This document shows, piece by piece, positions 26,971-41,664 of a stretch of DNA of 64,000 nucleotides. The first letter of the stretch is position 1. Each line of letters begins with the position of its first letter. Under the pieces are notes generated by a model. The model was not told where the DNA came from, did not search any database, and saw only the letters and a list, made by a program, of their open reading frames with translations. The stretch lies in NCBI RefSeq assembly GCF_009914755.1, contig NC_060928.1. One strand, 5' to 3'. The translations under genes and the position numbers were made by a program. The DNA comes from the human T2T-CHM13v2.0 reference genome, Homo sapiens.

Positions 26971-27264
26971 CTTTTCTCTTTTTTTTTTTTTTTTCACTTT
27001 AAGTTCCGGGATACAAGGGCAGAACATGTAGGTTTGCTACATAGGTATACATGTGCCATGGTGGTTTGCTGCACCTATCAACCCGTTATTGAGGTTTTAA
27101 GCCCTGCATGCATTAGGCATTTGTCCTAATGCTCTCCCTCCCCTCTTCCCCTATTCCTCGACTGGCCCCAGTGTGTGTTGTCCTCCTCCCTCTGTCCATG
27201 TGTTCTCATTTCTCAACTCCTGCTTATGAGTGAGAACACGCGGTGTTTGGTTTTCTGTTCCTGC
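26971..27264 (-). mobile_element. L1PA (L1PA7/8-like) 3' end, ~290 bp, 5'-truncated
   Basis: Poly(T) then ACTTTAAGTTCCGGGATAC...GTGCCATGGTGGTTTGCTGCACC...GAGAACACGCGGTGTTTGGTTTTCTGTTCCTG; no clean TSD. Confidence 0.92.
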
Positions 27265-27409
27265 ATACACACAATTTCAAAGTGAAGAGTGCTATATGTA
27301 ACAATTGCTGAGACAATGTTCTATATTAACATTTTAATACAAATAAGATAATCTTAGTTGTCAGTTTTTTCTCTCCTGATATTATCACTATATTCCTATA
27401 AACTATATT

Positions 27410-28190
27410 TTTTATTGAAGTTATTAATGAAGCACCTACCTTATTTCAACTATAGTTCTAAGCATTGCACAATATCATTAAAAAAACAAAAATACCTACC
27501 CTTATCAAGTTTGCATTATATTTTGAAGAAATAGACAGAAAAATAAATAAGTAAATTATATAGTATGTTGGAAGGTGATAAATGTTCTGGGAGAATTAAA
27601 AAAATCAGAGGATGATTTGGGCATATTGCTGGGAAGAATGTGTTGCTATTTTAAGTAACGTAGTAGAAAAAGGTCTGACTGAGTTGTAGTAATATCTGAG
27701 CAAAAAGTGCAGGTAGTAAAGGAACTAATCATGGGAATAGCATGTCCGGCAAACCACAAGACCCTAAGGAGGGAACATACCCAGCATCACAAGAGATGAG
27801 CACAGGGGTCACGGGGCTGCTGCAGAGGGAGAAAAGCGGGTTGAGTGAGAGAAGATGGTGTGAGGGAGATAACAATGGGGCTATAAGGGAGCGTCTGGAA
27901 ACCAATGATAAAATAATTGGCTTTTATTTGGGTGTGATGTGCAGTCTTTAGAGAGTTCCGTGGTTTAATTTATGTCTAACCAAGTTTCCTCAGGTTACTG
28001 TGCTAAGAACAGACTGAAGGGGTCAAGAGTGGAAATAGGGATGGCAGTTAGGAGACTATTTAAATCACCAGGATGAAAGACAATGACAACTTGAACCAAG
28101 TTATGGCAATAAGGTGGCAATAAGTAGAATCTAAACATATTTTAAAGGCAGAGCCAAGACACTGCTGATAGAACAAGTGAGATCATGAAA
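27410..28190 (-). mobile_element. L2 LINE fragment
   Basis: AGCACCTAC, GAAGGTGATAAATGTTCTG, GCAGTTAGGAGACTATT, GACAACTTGAACCAAG, TTAAAGGCAGAGCCAA. Confidence 0.75.
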
Positions 28191-28700
28191 GAAAACTTCC
28201 CCAATTCTTCCCCATGTATAATATATGATACAGAATTAACTAATTCAACTACATAAATTTGAACCATATATGAAATAATTAGCGTAATTATTTCCCCTAG
28301 TATTCTAATATTTCTTATCCAAAAGAGGCTTCCAAAAAAAAGAATTCCACACATACAATTATGGTAGCACATAAAAATGTAATGTGATTTTCTTCTTTTA
28401 TTTATGCGAATTCTTATTCTAGGACATCGTAAACAATATTATCATCATCATCTTCATAAATTTTAGGAGGCCTTCGTTTGCACAAAAGAGTCATTAGAAA
28501 GGGCTAAAATGTTGTTACTTTCAATTGAAGATGGTCTCCCTTTGTGTTACAAATGTGCACTCTACTTTCCACACTTTCCTCACAGTCATTTTCTAGGAAA
28601 AAAAGTCTCAGCATTATATTTCTGAAGAGAGATGACAATATGTGAAAGCATGCATCTCTCCACAGTAACCATAACATCTGGAATATTCTAATGTCCTTAC

Positions 28701-29160
28701 TTTGGTAGACTGGATCATTGTTCTCACTTTCTACCTGTCTCTAAACCTTTTTTTGCCCCTGACTTTGTTATATCTACCATTAGCATGATAAAAAGTATTC
28801 CTGAAACCGTTGATATTGGATGTGGCCAAATGACTTGCTTTGGCGAAGGAAATATTAGTAAGTATGACATAAACAAGGTACCTTAATGTGCCTAGGTGCT
28901 TTGGCTTCTCTCTTTTGCTTCTTTAACCATTGTGAGATAGACATGCCCTCTATCGCTGATGTCTCTTCAGCCTGGGCTCAGAATGGACCAGTGGAGTGAG
29001 CCAGACCCTGGCCAGAAGTCTGAAGCCAACCCAGCTGACCCACCCATACCCTAAAACAGGAATGCTCCTGGTGACTCACAGAATAGAGAGGAAGAAAATA
29101 TATGTGCATTGTTTTAAGCTGAGTTATTCAGCATTTTTGCAGCAATAGTTAACTACTACA
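28701..29160 (+). mobile_element. Old MaLR LTR (MLT1H/I-like)
   Basis: GTGGCCAAATGACTTGCTTTGGC, TTCAGCCTGGGCTCAGAATG, ends GCAGCAATAGTTAACTACTACA. Confidence 0.75.
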
Positions 29161-29504
29161 CTTACATATGTAAATTTGTGAATGTTAATATTCAAATCAT
29201 CTTTCCTTTATGAACAAGTATTACCCCTCCTTTATAAAGAAATGTCATCTTTATGAATGAGAAAAATATCATCCTCATTTCACAGAAGTGATTAAGGTAC
29301 CAAGAGGAATTCTGTGGTTAAATTCTCAATCACAATTTTGAAAGAAAGTAGGGAGACAAATATTTTAAAGTAATAGTAATAATAATATCAACTAGTTAGC
29401 ATTATATTCTTAGGCAGTTGGTGATAAATGTATTACAGATGGTATATTTTTTAAGCCTGGTTGAAAACCCTATGAAAAAGGTGAGGTTAATAACATTGCA
29501 TAGA

Positions 29505-29667
29505 GTGGTGTTCCTCAAAGCAATGGTCTCCAGAGAAACAGTATCAGCATCACTAGGGAGATTGTTAGAAATGCAAATTAATGGGCTGCATTCCAACCTA
29601 CTGAATCACAAACTTTGGGAGAAAGTTCCAGGAACCTGCATATTTTAACAAATATGAGAACTACTGG
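29505..29667. mobile_element. MER5A hAT-Charlie MITE
   Basis: CAGCATCACTAGGGAGATTGTTAGAAATGCAAAT...ACCTACTGAATCA...TTTTAACAA...TGAGAACTACTG. Confidence 0.85.
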
Positions 29668-29749
29668 AGCTGGAGGAAGGAGTGCAGAGGACACAGAGGT
29701 TAAGTAACTTAGACAAATAAAATAGCTAATAAATGTTTGTTTTAGAATT

Positions 29750-29970
29750 TTAACCAAGCATTCTTCCACCAGAGCTTACATTATGTGGTAGGTGCTGTAC
29801 ACATAATTTCATTTAGTACTCAACAAACCTACAAAAAAATTTTCACTCCAGTTTTTATTAATAAGGAAACTGAGCTCCAGGGTTTCCTTAGTTAATAAAT
29901 AGTTAATAAGTCATGAGCTGGTATCCATAACTTGATCTATTCAACTTCAAAGGCAGTATTTTACTACTAT
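29750..29970 (-). mobile_element. MIR SINE
   Basis: CTCAACAAACCT...TAAGGAAACTGAGCTC...GAGCTGGTATCC. Confidence 0.65.
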
Positions 29971-30619
29971 TCAAAAACTGATTCACAAGAAAGTCCAAAG
30001 ACATAGGGTATCAAGGAAAGTTTTTCCACAAGTAGAATATAATCCTTTAAGATTACTCCAAGACAATTGCATAGAAAATGCAAGACTTCCTGTGTTGTCA
30101 GTGGACTGTGTCTTATACTAAAAAGTAAAGACTAGCAACACATTTAATCTGTGAAATATTTCTAAACAGTCTATTCTAAAAAGAGTTTTGTTGAAAATTG
30201 TTTCAAGATAAATTATGAAAAACATAATTATTTAATAAGTTACTCACACATTAATTGAATTTTCAATTTCGCCTGTATGATAGGTTATAAGCACTGGCCA
30301 GTGGATCAAATTTTGGTGAAGTAGAAAGTTTTGTTTGGTCCATAAAGTAGTTTTTGGTTTGTTTTGTTTTTAGTGTTTTTGTTTGTTTGTTTGTTTTGTT
30401 GTTTTCTGGGGTTTTGTTTATTTTGGTAAAAACAAATCTAAATTTAAACATGAGAAGGAGTTACACAAAAAAACCTATATATTCAGGTTTCTTTTCAAAA
30501 ATCAATCCTAGCAACACTAAACGAAGTTATAGATGATACAAAATATGACAGGTAGAAAGCCACGTCTAGTCGAGGCACTCTCTCTCCAGTTAGCCACTTC
30601 CTATCAACAAATGACATTT

Positions 30620-30845
30620 GAGTAGCCCTCAAGAGGCTGGAGTTGATTGTTTGGGGTTCAATCCTTGCTTTACTATTTAATAGCTGTGTGACTTTGAGCA
30701 AGTTTCATTGATTCTTCAACCATAAAATAGAGATGATAATAATACTGTAGGGGTTTGTTGTGATAAATTAATGATTTAATGAATTTTAAACGGTCAGATT
30801 ATTTTCTGGCATCTAGTAAGTGTTTAATAAATATAAGCTATTATT
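30620..30845 (+). mobile_element. MIR SINE
   Basis: GGGTTCAATCC...TAGCTGTGTGACTTTGAGCAAGTT...TAAAATAGAGATGATAATAATAC...TAATAAATATAAGCTATTAT. Confidence 0.85.
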
Positions 30846-31398
30846 TGTCTTTTTAATAGTAAATATTATTTTTTCTATATTCATATTTTGTTTTTGTGTT
30901 TGTTTGTTTGTTTTCAGGGATGTCAAGCAGGTCCCCAGAAGAAAAGAGATGGCATGCGTAAGTTAGTATAATTAAGGAAAGATTTAATAAAAGGACATTT
31001 TTTTTAAATGGGTAGAGTGTAGGAATGGTGGAAGATGTCAGCAACCCTAGGCCTGAAGGCTAATTTGACTCATCTGAGGTCAGTACTATATAATTGCTGT
31101 GTGTTTCTCTTCTACAGGTATTAAAAGGTACTTATTTACAAATGTTTTATATGCAAAAGCTTATCAATGCACACCATATGTACACAGGTAAATTCAATAT
31201 TATGAAAAATTCCTGGAATTGTCTATCATGTCACACTTCCCTCTCCACTTATATGTAGACACGTGGTAGATAAAATATTTTCTAAAAAAAATAGAAAATA
31301 TTTATAAGCATAGAAGCATGAAAGTCAGTAAACAAATGTTATTTTCAGGATAACTAAAATACTAAAGTAGTAAAGTTATAAGAAAACAATTCAATTAT

Positions 31399-32027
<629 letters not shown>

Positions 32028-34399
32028 TTATTAAGCTTCTCTGCTTCTCCTATTTTACACTGCTCTCAAAAAGATAATCATTCTAAGTAATAATTTTTAC
32101 TTATGATTAACACTTGAAATTACTCTGAAAATGGAAGCCAGTATTGAGCAAGATGATATTTTGAGAGCTAGGAGTCATCCTGATAAACTACAATAGAAAC
32201 ATTTTATGGAGAATATTATTTTCTGTAGTATGAATGGAAGTACATTAAGTCATCTCTTATCCTACAGTTTAGGAAGAGATTTTCTGCTGACAAAAATCAT
32301 ATGCCAAAAATATGAATTTATAAGATAATTAATACTGTGAATTATTTTATAGTCTTACATTAAATATCATTGTTGTGATTGCCTGTAGTAAGTGTAAGAT
32401 TCAAAGCTTATATTGTCATACTTATTGTTTTTAAAAAATATGTTTTAAGGTATACTCATGTTTCCTTTATTCGTCTGTCCAGTATGCACAGAAAATTTTA
32501 AATGTTACATTTAATTCCTAGTGTAGTTTAAGCCACTGGTTTTTTCTCTCTCATAGAATGTTTATTTAAGAATCCTGGTATAGCGTTATATTTATTCATG
32601 GTACTTGTAGCTTTATATGGTCTCTCTAAAATGTCTACCTGCAAGGAATAAGAAGATTGGATTTGACACTAGATCATCTACTGACTGCAAAATAATTTTT
32701 GTCCTCCATTGCATATACTTCACATTAGAAGTAGAAGACATCCTTACCTGAAACAGATGCAAAAAATCCTTCTTCCTTAAGAGTGTTCATTTTTCACAAA
32801 ATCTCTAGGTTGTCCAATGCTTATAGTGTGATATTCTGGGAATCCTTCTTTAAAAAAAAAATTCCATTACAAATTTTGCTATAATACACAGCCTATTTTT
32901 TTCACACCCACATACCCACACATCCACTAACATTCGTTTTCTAAAGTGTGAAACAGGACTTCCTGGTGGCATCTTCACATTTTACGTAACTGTTGATGAA
33001 GCCACTGCTGACACTGGGAATGTCACTGTAAAATCCTGAGACTTCTGGGGGAAAGAAAGTGTTATCCAATTATTTGCTTAAAATATAGCACTGGCAAGTA
33101 ACTGAGAAGGCAGTATCAACCTAACTGTCAACCCTTCAAAATCCACAGCCTACCAGTTTGAGGCAACTTACTTGTTAAAAGCTTTTATTAAACAATTTAA
33201 AAACTATGAATTATAGAGTTTTCCTCAGTTAGAAGATGAGAAGAAAATATCTACTCAGCAAAAAAAAAAAAAAATGAGGTGATATGATTTAAATTGGTTG
33301 ACTTCACAGTCTGAATTCAGGGGATAGTTGCAGAGCTCAGTTTGCGTTGGGTAGCTCTCAAATGATTGTGCTCTTAAAGAATTATTTTGCAAGCACATCA
33401 GGAATAGTCTTAGAGAACTGTAATTTTCTGAATAGTTCAGGAAAAAAATGCTTAGGTTGAATTTCTCTGATCATTGAGGGGAACTGATATTTCCTTGGTC
33501 TGACTTATTTTTCATTTATATCCATATAGTTACTTGCAAACCCTTATGTCTATTTACTGTTCTATACAGTTAATTTTATATCTTCTGTTTCACCATTTTG
33601 AAATGGCTTATGTGAGGTCCTGATTATGAAAGCATGTTTTACTCTCACGGATCCAAACAGGAAGGGAAAAGAAACTCTTTACATGAAATTATAATTTTGA
33701 ACAGAGACAAAATTGAGATCATTATTTCAATTAACATATATTAAATGATTGTGATCAAATGCAGATGACTCGTGGGTTATTGTTGTATTTATTTTTCCTG
33801 TTAATGAAGAGAATTATTAACTGGATAAGTGATGTGGAATTATTGTAATGATCATTAACTGTGTATAGCCATGTTTCTTCTGGAATTCTTAATACTTCTA
33901 CTTTTCAGAATTTATGGCATTACTTCTTAATCTTACTTTTGCTTAAAAACTCAGGTAAATATTAAACATACCATACATAAAATTAGTATTTTTATCATGC
34001 AGCCACTGATGTGAATTCCTGTGTGTGATTTTGCTACAACCACTTACAACATTTGTAATACCATTTCACAAATCTTCGGCTAATGCATTGATTCTACACA
34101 GTAAAGCATAAGTTAATAATACTTAAGCAAGCATAGATATTGCTGTCCTCTATTACTCAGGCAAGTTCAAGAAATGGGCATAAATTTTTGCTTTTAATAT
34201 TAACCATGGAAAATTATTAGTAACTTCCGCCTAAGCAGTCTTGGAGATGATGACCTCTTGCTTTATTTACCATAATGTCTGCTATACTTTATAATAAGCT
34301 TCATATATGTATATGATATTAATTTTAATATATTTAAAATGTTAGTAAGTAAAAATAAAGTACACTGAAACTATTTTCATATGCATATAACAAATATTT

Positions 34400-34965
<566 letters not shown>

Positions 34966-35219
34966 CTTCTATTTCCAGCTTGATTACTTTGAAGTAATTA
35001 GTTTTAATAATATTGTGTACATTATTAAGTTATTCTAGTCTTTGTTATGTGTATATATGATAAGGTAATAGTTTATTGTCTCAAAATTCTCTTTCTTAAT
35101 GGATTATTTAGCAGTACAACACTTTCTTTTCACTAAATACTCTTATAATTTTAATATGTATAGTTTGGTTTGTGTGTTTTCAATATTTTGGAACATTATG
35201 TACATACTGCTGCTTTCTT

Positions 35220-35675
35220 CCTAATATTTGTCCTCTCATTCTTAGAATGAATGAGTAAATACATGGCTACTTTGAAAAGACTTTACATTTCTCATTCCAT
35301 TTCATATCTAGGCATGGCCAATGAGATGATGCTTAATCAGCAAATGTCCTGTATTTTCTTCCATAAACCTTCTTTAAAGGTGAAAATCTTATATGTATTC
35401 TTATTGTTTCTTCTTCCTTCCCACTGCCTAGAATGTAAAGAAGACGGCTGGAGCTGAATCAGCCATCTTTGACTATGGTGTTGCTCTGAGAATGGGATTT
35501 GCACAAGGCTAAGTAACATCATAGAAGTAGCCCAGGTGCCTGAGGACTTCAAACACCCAAGCCTCCACTACAGCCTCAATTTCCTTCCTTACATTGTTTA
35601 TGTGAGAAAGCAATAAACTTCTATTTTGGTTAATGCACTATTATTTTGAGTTATCTGTTACTCACAGCCAAACTG
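35220..35675 (+). mobile_element. Old ERVL/MaLR LTR (LTR16-like)
   Basis: GGCCAATGAGATG, GCTGGAGCTGAATCAGCCATCTTTG, TATGTGAGAAAGCAATAAAC, TCTGTTACTCACAGCCAAA. Confidence 0.7.
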
Positions 35676-36294
35676 GGCTGAAAAGTCATCAAATCCTTGT
35701 GCCCAGCTTCTATACAAATAGAGAGTGCTACTCTACTAAATTAAAGTTAAGTAGTATTGGTCAATGTTTTAGCAGGAAATATTTTCAGTAACTGTCCTTG
35801 AAAGGACAGATATCTTTCCCCATGACACAAATATGCTCACTCTGAGCTAATGTGCTCAGACATTCACAGTGGAGGTGTTGGAAGGTAGACTAGAAAGATA
35901 AAATGGAATCTGAATGGAATTGTTTATTACGTTAGAACTGTTATAACTCCCCCTGGCCCTGGCCTAACTGCCCTTCACCCCCACATCTTGACCCTGACTC
36001 TTGCCCATTATAACTATGTCTGGCTTGTACTAGTTTCTGTTTTAATTGAAAATTATTACTTTTAATATGAAAAACTGATGTATAAAATGGTAGTATTTAG
36101 TTGAATAAACATAATGACAATTGAGCTTTTAGATGACATTTAAATGCTCAGAAATATGACACAGGAAATTTCTATATATAATGATAATATAGTAATTTAA
36201 AATATGTGAATGTAAAAAAATTTCGATATCATAATATTATTCATTCTATATGAGATTTAGGAAATACAACATAAATATATTTTGCATTTTTTAT

Positions 36295-36589
36295 ATTATT
36301 ATTATTGTAGACAGAGTTTCACACTCTTGTTTATGCTGGAGTGCAGTGGCGTCATCTTGGCTCACTGCAACCTCCACCTCTCAGGCTCAAGGGATCCTCC
36401 CACCTCAGCCTCCGGAGTAGCTGAAACTACAGGCTCATGTCACCACTCCCAGCTAATTTTTGTATTTTTAGTAGAGACGGGCTTTCACCATGTTGCCCAG
36501 GTTCGTCTTGAACTCCTCACCTCAAGTGATCCCCCTGCCTCAGCCTCCCAAAGTGTTGGGATTACGGGTGTGAGCCATTGCACCTAGCC
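36295..36589 (-). mobile_element. AluJ-like
   Basis: GGCTCAAGGGATCCTCCCACCTCAGCC (J-type); (TAT)n tail; diverged. Confidence 0.9.
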
Positions 36590-37543
36590 ATTTTAAAATA
36601 TTATTTTTAAAAGATTTATATTATTCATAAGTATTGCTTAATTGAACATCATTTTAGATATGCTATATATTTTTCTTCATTATGAGACATATATGTCCAC
36701 AAAAGGTATTTCATGTAAGACTTAAAAAAAAAAAAAACTTGTCCAAACACCTTTTGTGAAAGAGACATATGACGTATAACATGATTATTGTGATTTAAAT
36801 CACCCAAACAAACACTGAAACACATAATTTGATCATGGATGTAGATCCAGCTATAAGGCATGGATTCTTATTGCGAGTGTACCTCGCAATAAGAGTGTAT
36901 CTTTATCGTGAGTATACTGAAATTCATATCAGGTTACATAGTTTTTATGGTTCTACCATATCTGATGTTCCATTACATCAGAAATGATGTAGAGCAACAA
37001 ATCTAAGATACACGGATATGACTTGTTCCGCTAAGAAAAAAGCAACAAAAATAAGTAACATTTGAAGATAGCTGCTTCACTATTACCAAACCCTTAGAAA
37101 AATCTTGCGCATGATACTGTTCCATTACCCACTCATTTATTTAATCATATAAATAATGCAATCCATTGGAGTAAAATACCAACATGTCAAAGTGTTTGTT
37201 TATTTGAAGAGTTAGGTAAGATAATTGGTAAAGTTTTTTGACAAGATAGTTTTCTAATTCTAACTAAATATTTAAAGATTTATTGAGAATATTTTAGGGA
37301 CTACAGGCAACATTTTCATGTAAAGAGAAGATTGATTCTGAATGTGTATAGCTTGTAAAAATCAAACACTTGCTGCTTTAAAAACGATTTGGGGAGGCCT
37401 GTTTTTATAATATAGACCTTTCTTATAAATAGTGAAGTGAGGAATAATATTGGAGTTATTTAAAGATACAGCAAACTTAAATTGGAAATGAACCACTTTT
37501 TATAGTACATTTGTGAAGCTCAGGAAAAATTTAGATTTTATTT

Positions 37544-37800
37544 GTACTAACAAAATGTCCTATTTTTATCAATATTTTTAAGAATATTTTTATTAGTACT
37601 AACAAAATGTCCTATTTTGTATCACTATTTTAAAGAATATTTTTATTACTACTAATAAAATGTCCTATTTTTATCAATATTTTAAAGAATATTTTTATTA
37701 GTACTAATAAAATGTTCTATTTTTATCAATATTTTAAAGAATATTTTAGTACTATTTAAATGTCCTTTTTTATCAATATTTTAAATAATATTTTTAAGTA
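37544..37800. repeat. AT-rich minisatellite, ~52-bp unit x ~5
   Basis: Unit GTACTAACAAAATGTCCTATTTTTATCAATATTTTTAAGAATATTTTTATTA; copies start at 37544, 37596, 37649, 37701, 37749. Confidence 0.95.
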
Positions 37801-37849
37801 GAAATATATCCTAGAATTGTATATTGCTCCTCTTTTCTTCCCATATGTA

Positions 37850-38810
37850 TGTACAACTAGGGTGACTTCTATTTTCCAGATAATTCTTTTCCTGGGTTTC
37901 ATCTATATATGCAACTCTCTAATCAACATTTTTAATTTTCCCTAAAATTCGTTTAACTGAAACTACAACTTTCTCCTTTCCCAAACAGCCAATTTTTCAG
38001 TATTCTATTCCTCAGGAAACCAGTGATGTAGAAAATTGACCATAATTCTTTCTTCCCAAATCCTGTATGTGACTACCACTTCCTGATCTACACCCACTAA
38101 AGCAAGTGCATATACTCAGCCTTTTGCATTCCCACACATGATGGCATTAATTTTAAGGATTAGAGGCTAGAATAATTGCCCAGTATTTTAAAATTAAATA
38201 TTTATCCCCTTCAATTCACTGTTAATATATTTCATATATTTATAAAATATAAATATTCTACTTCTTGCTTCAGTTACTCACTTTTACCTATAGGAGAAAA
38301 ACAACATATTCAATCACCTAAATAATGACGAAGGAGGCGTCAAGTTCTGCCTCTAACATCATCCCTTACTGAAATTCTCATCAGATATCACTCTCTAACC
38401 ATATCAAAATACTTGCAGTTCTGAAAGTTTGTTTTTGCTAAGAATGGTCTTTTTGTTTCAACTTCTCCCACCACCACCCCTTACCCCCACCATCACCACA
38501 ATCCCTATGTCACCTTATCTCTATGAGTAAAGCCTACTCATTGTTCAAGAGTAAAGTCATATAACCTCTGTGAGGTTTTTCCTGGATTCCAGAGATACAA
38601 TTTACCACTCTTTCCTTTGTATACAACTGTACCCACTGTTTACTTCTACAGTGACTCCAGAATCTTAGTATTGTATTTACAGTTTATGTATCAGTTTCCC
38701 TCTAATAGATTGAAAGCTCACTGGGGTGTGTATCATGCCTAATTTATTTTGATATTCATACTATCCAACACGAGGCCTTCAGAAAGTCATCACTGAATGA
38801 ATAGATGAAT
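37850..38810 (+). mobile_element. L2 3' region, degraded
   Basis: CCTACTCATTGTTCAAG, CCCTCTAATAGATTGAAAGCTC, ends CTGAATGAATAGATGAA. Confidence 0.65.
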
Positions 38811-38883
38811 TACAAAATAACAACAACAAAAATGAAATCTATAGAGTCCTCGACCATAAGCAAAGATCTTTCATATTGCATCC

Positions 38884-39221
38884 TGCTGTGGTTTGAATGT
38901 GTCCCCTGCAAAATTCAGATGTTGCAAATGTGATAGCATTAAGAGGGGAGGCCTTCAAAAGATGATTAGGCCATGAGGCTCCTCCCTTGTGAATGGGTTT
39001 AAGGCCCTCATTAAAGAGACTTCATGCAACGTTCAACTGGCTTCCCCTTCCACCTTCCACCATGTGAGGATACAGTGTTCCTTCCCTCTGGAGGATACAG
39101 CCCTCACCAGACAACTGAATCCACTCCCTGACCACCAGAAGTGCGAAAAAATAAACTTCTATTCTTTATAATTTCCCCACCTGAGGTTATTCTACTGTAG
39201 TAACATGAACAGACTAAGATG
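38884..39221 (+). mobile_element. MaLR solo LTR MSTD/MSTC-like
   Basis: TGCTGTGGTTTGAATGTGTCCCC...GACTAAGATG; 5-bp TSD CATCC/CATCT. Confidence 0.85.
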
Positions 39222-41664
39222 CATCTTAAGAAATAAATTTCACAAATACATAAAACACAAAATGTAAAAAATCAAGACTTCAACTTTACATACTAAAAAC
39301 TCTAAAATATTATTTTCCTAGTGACGTTTGAGTAAAGGAGTGGAAATTTGAAAGCAAGTCTAATAAAGAAACAGTAGTATTTCAGTTTTTCAAACAGAAA
39401 GTGTTATTGAAATATCCTGATGATTTGAAAAAGCCATGTGATTAGGATTATATAAGAATTTAGATTCTGTTTGGGCTTTGTCATAAGAAGTTATGGGATT
39501 CTAGGAAGTCATTTACTTTCTCTGAAATCCAGCTTTTTGAGAGTAGGACTTAGTGACTTCTTAATTTATGTTTAGCCCAGAAACCTCAGAAAATTTTATT
39601 TTATGGTTGTGGAGTTATATAATCTTGATAATAATCAAAATGATTTTTATATTTAATTTTCTTTACTAATGTAAATAAAAACTAGAGCTTAGTATTAAAA
39701 TGTAAGCTTTGTTTAGGAATTTTCTGAAAATCTTCTTCCTGCATGCTCTTTTCTTTTTTAAAAAAATAATTGTCAATACAGGTTTCCAGTGACTTTATTC
39801 AGTTTATTGGACATTCAAAATACTTCAGACTCAAATTTTCCAAAGAAGTGATTAATTTTAATAAAACAGATTTATATATATTTGGAACAACATCTTAACC
39901 ATATTTGAAGTGTGAAAGCAGCTTATACCTTGCCATGGCATCATGACAATTAGATTTGCATTTTATCACACAGATGGGGGTAAATGCACACAGATACAGA
40001 AAAACACATACCTACTTCGTACCCAGAAAAGAAAAAAAAAGCCTGAGTAGCCTGTCCAGTTGGTCCAGCTGTAGTTTTCAAAATAAAGGAAGCCTTGGCC
40101 TTTTCCTGCAAATTACTGACTCAGTAACAACAACAAAACCCCATTGTTTCTTTGTTTTTTATACTTCTGCCTAAAGGGATAACCCTGGTAGCTGGAATTC
40201 ACAAACACATTTATGGGAAGGATTCTTGCGGACTTATACTATTAAATTTATAGATTTTCCCTTTTTTGTTACTAATATTCTTCTTTGTCCTCAGTTGGGA
40301 CTGCTGGTCCTTGGAACAAACTTCTCCATTTCAACTTGTCTGGACTGGTTTTCTTTCCATGTATCAGAGATCTGCTCTGATTTTTCAGAGGATGTTAATT
40401 CTTTTTTATTTTTTTTTCCTTAGCTCTCTATATTGTTTTTTGTTTTATCCAAAATGTATTGTTTTTCTTTTTCTTTTTGGCTTTGTTTTTTGTGTTAAAT
40501 TTTCTTCAGATGTTTGGTAATCTTTTGATGGCTATTTATATTTAAGTGGGAGAAACTGAAATAATAAATGGAAGCTTCAGGGTAGTGGCTTGGCTTGCTG
40601 AACATTTAACAGAAAGTTGTGTACCTGATTGGTGGCAGACGGCACTATGTCAGCCTAGAGGGACCTTGTCTTTCATGCCTATGTCTTTTAATGACGCTCT
40701 TGTACAAAAGCATACATTGTTTTACACGATAATATATACCTACATGTAAGAGAAGGTAGTTCTGCCAAGTAAAGTGTCTTCTGGGGAGATATAAATCCAT
40801 GTCACATTTAACAAGCCATGCAGAGGTGCTTTTGAGCATAAGGCATTCTGTTTATATCATGCAATAATGATTACCAAGGCCAAGCTTATTGGAACATTGT
40901 AGCTCAAAGATCTACAGGCTGGCTTTCCATTATCTTGCAGGTACTATAAATTAATTCCATTTTATCTGGATAAAAATTAACTTAACCACCCTGATCTACT
41001 TTCCTAAGGAATGTGAAGGTGTGACAAATTAAGGGGAATAGACAGTAAAGGAACAAGAAGAAAAAATACATAACAATTTGTAGAAGCCATGAGGCACTAG
41101 AAAGTATAGCACTAATTGTCTAGTATTACTAGTAGACTAATTATATATCATATTCTATTATAATTATATTTATTCAATTATTATAATTACAAATGTATAA
41201 TGATTTTTATAAGCCAAGAAAATATGGTGTTAATAGTTTAGTGTTATATTCTGTGAAGTCACCTACTTGTGAAAATTAATTTTTTCAATCCTCATAAACA
41301 CCTATGAAGAAAATGATTAAAACTGTTAAAAAAAATCTACTTTGAAAAGATTGGGGAGCTAAGGTGACCATGAAGAAAAGGGGCCAATATCTGACAGAAG
41401 AAGGAAACAAGAGACAAACCCAGTGCCTCAGATTTCCTCTAGAAGAATCTGCCAATTCCAAATGAAGTGGTCAAAAGACAAAACTGGAACAGACAGAGAA
41501 CCAAAAATTGACAAGCTATATCCAAGAATGAGGGTAAGCAAAGGAGATTGGCCTTAATAGGGTCAAAACTCAGTTTCATATTATCTCAATCCCTGAAACT
41601 GCTGTAAGAAAATTGCATAAGCCTGGTCACTTAATAGAAGCAAATGTAAATCATTCCTGGAGAG

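Noticed and set aside
37544-37800. CRISPR-like array
   Set aside because: Contiguous tandem units without unique spacers, in mammalian DNA; it is a minisatellite.
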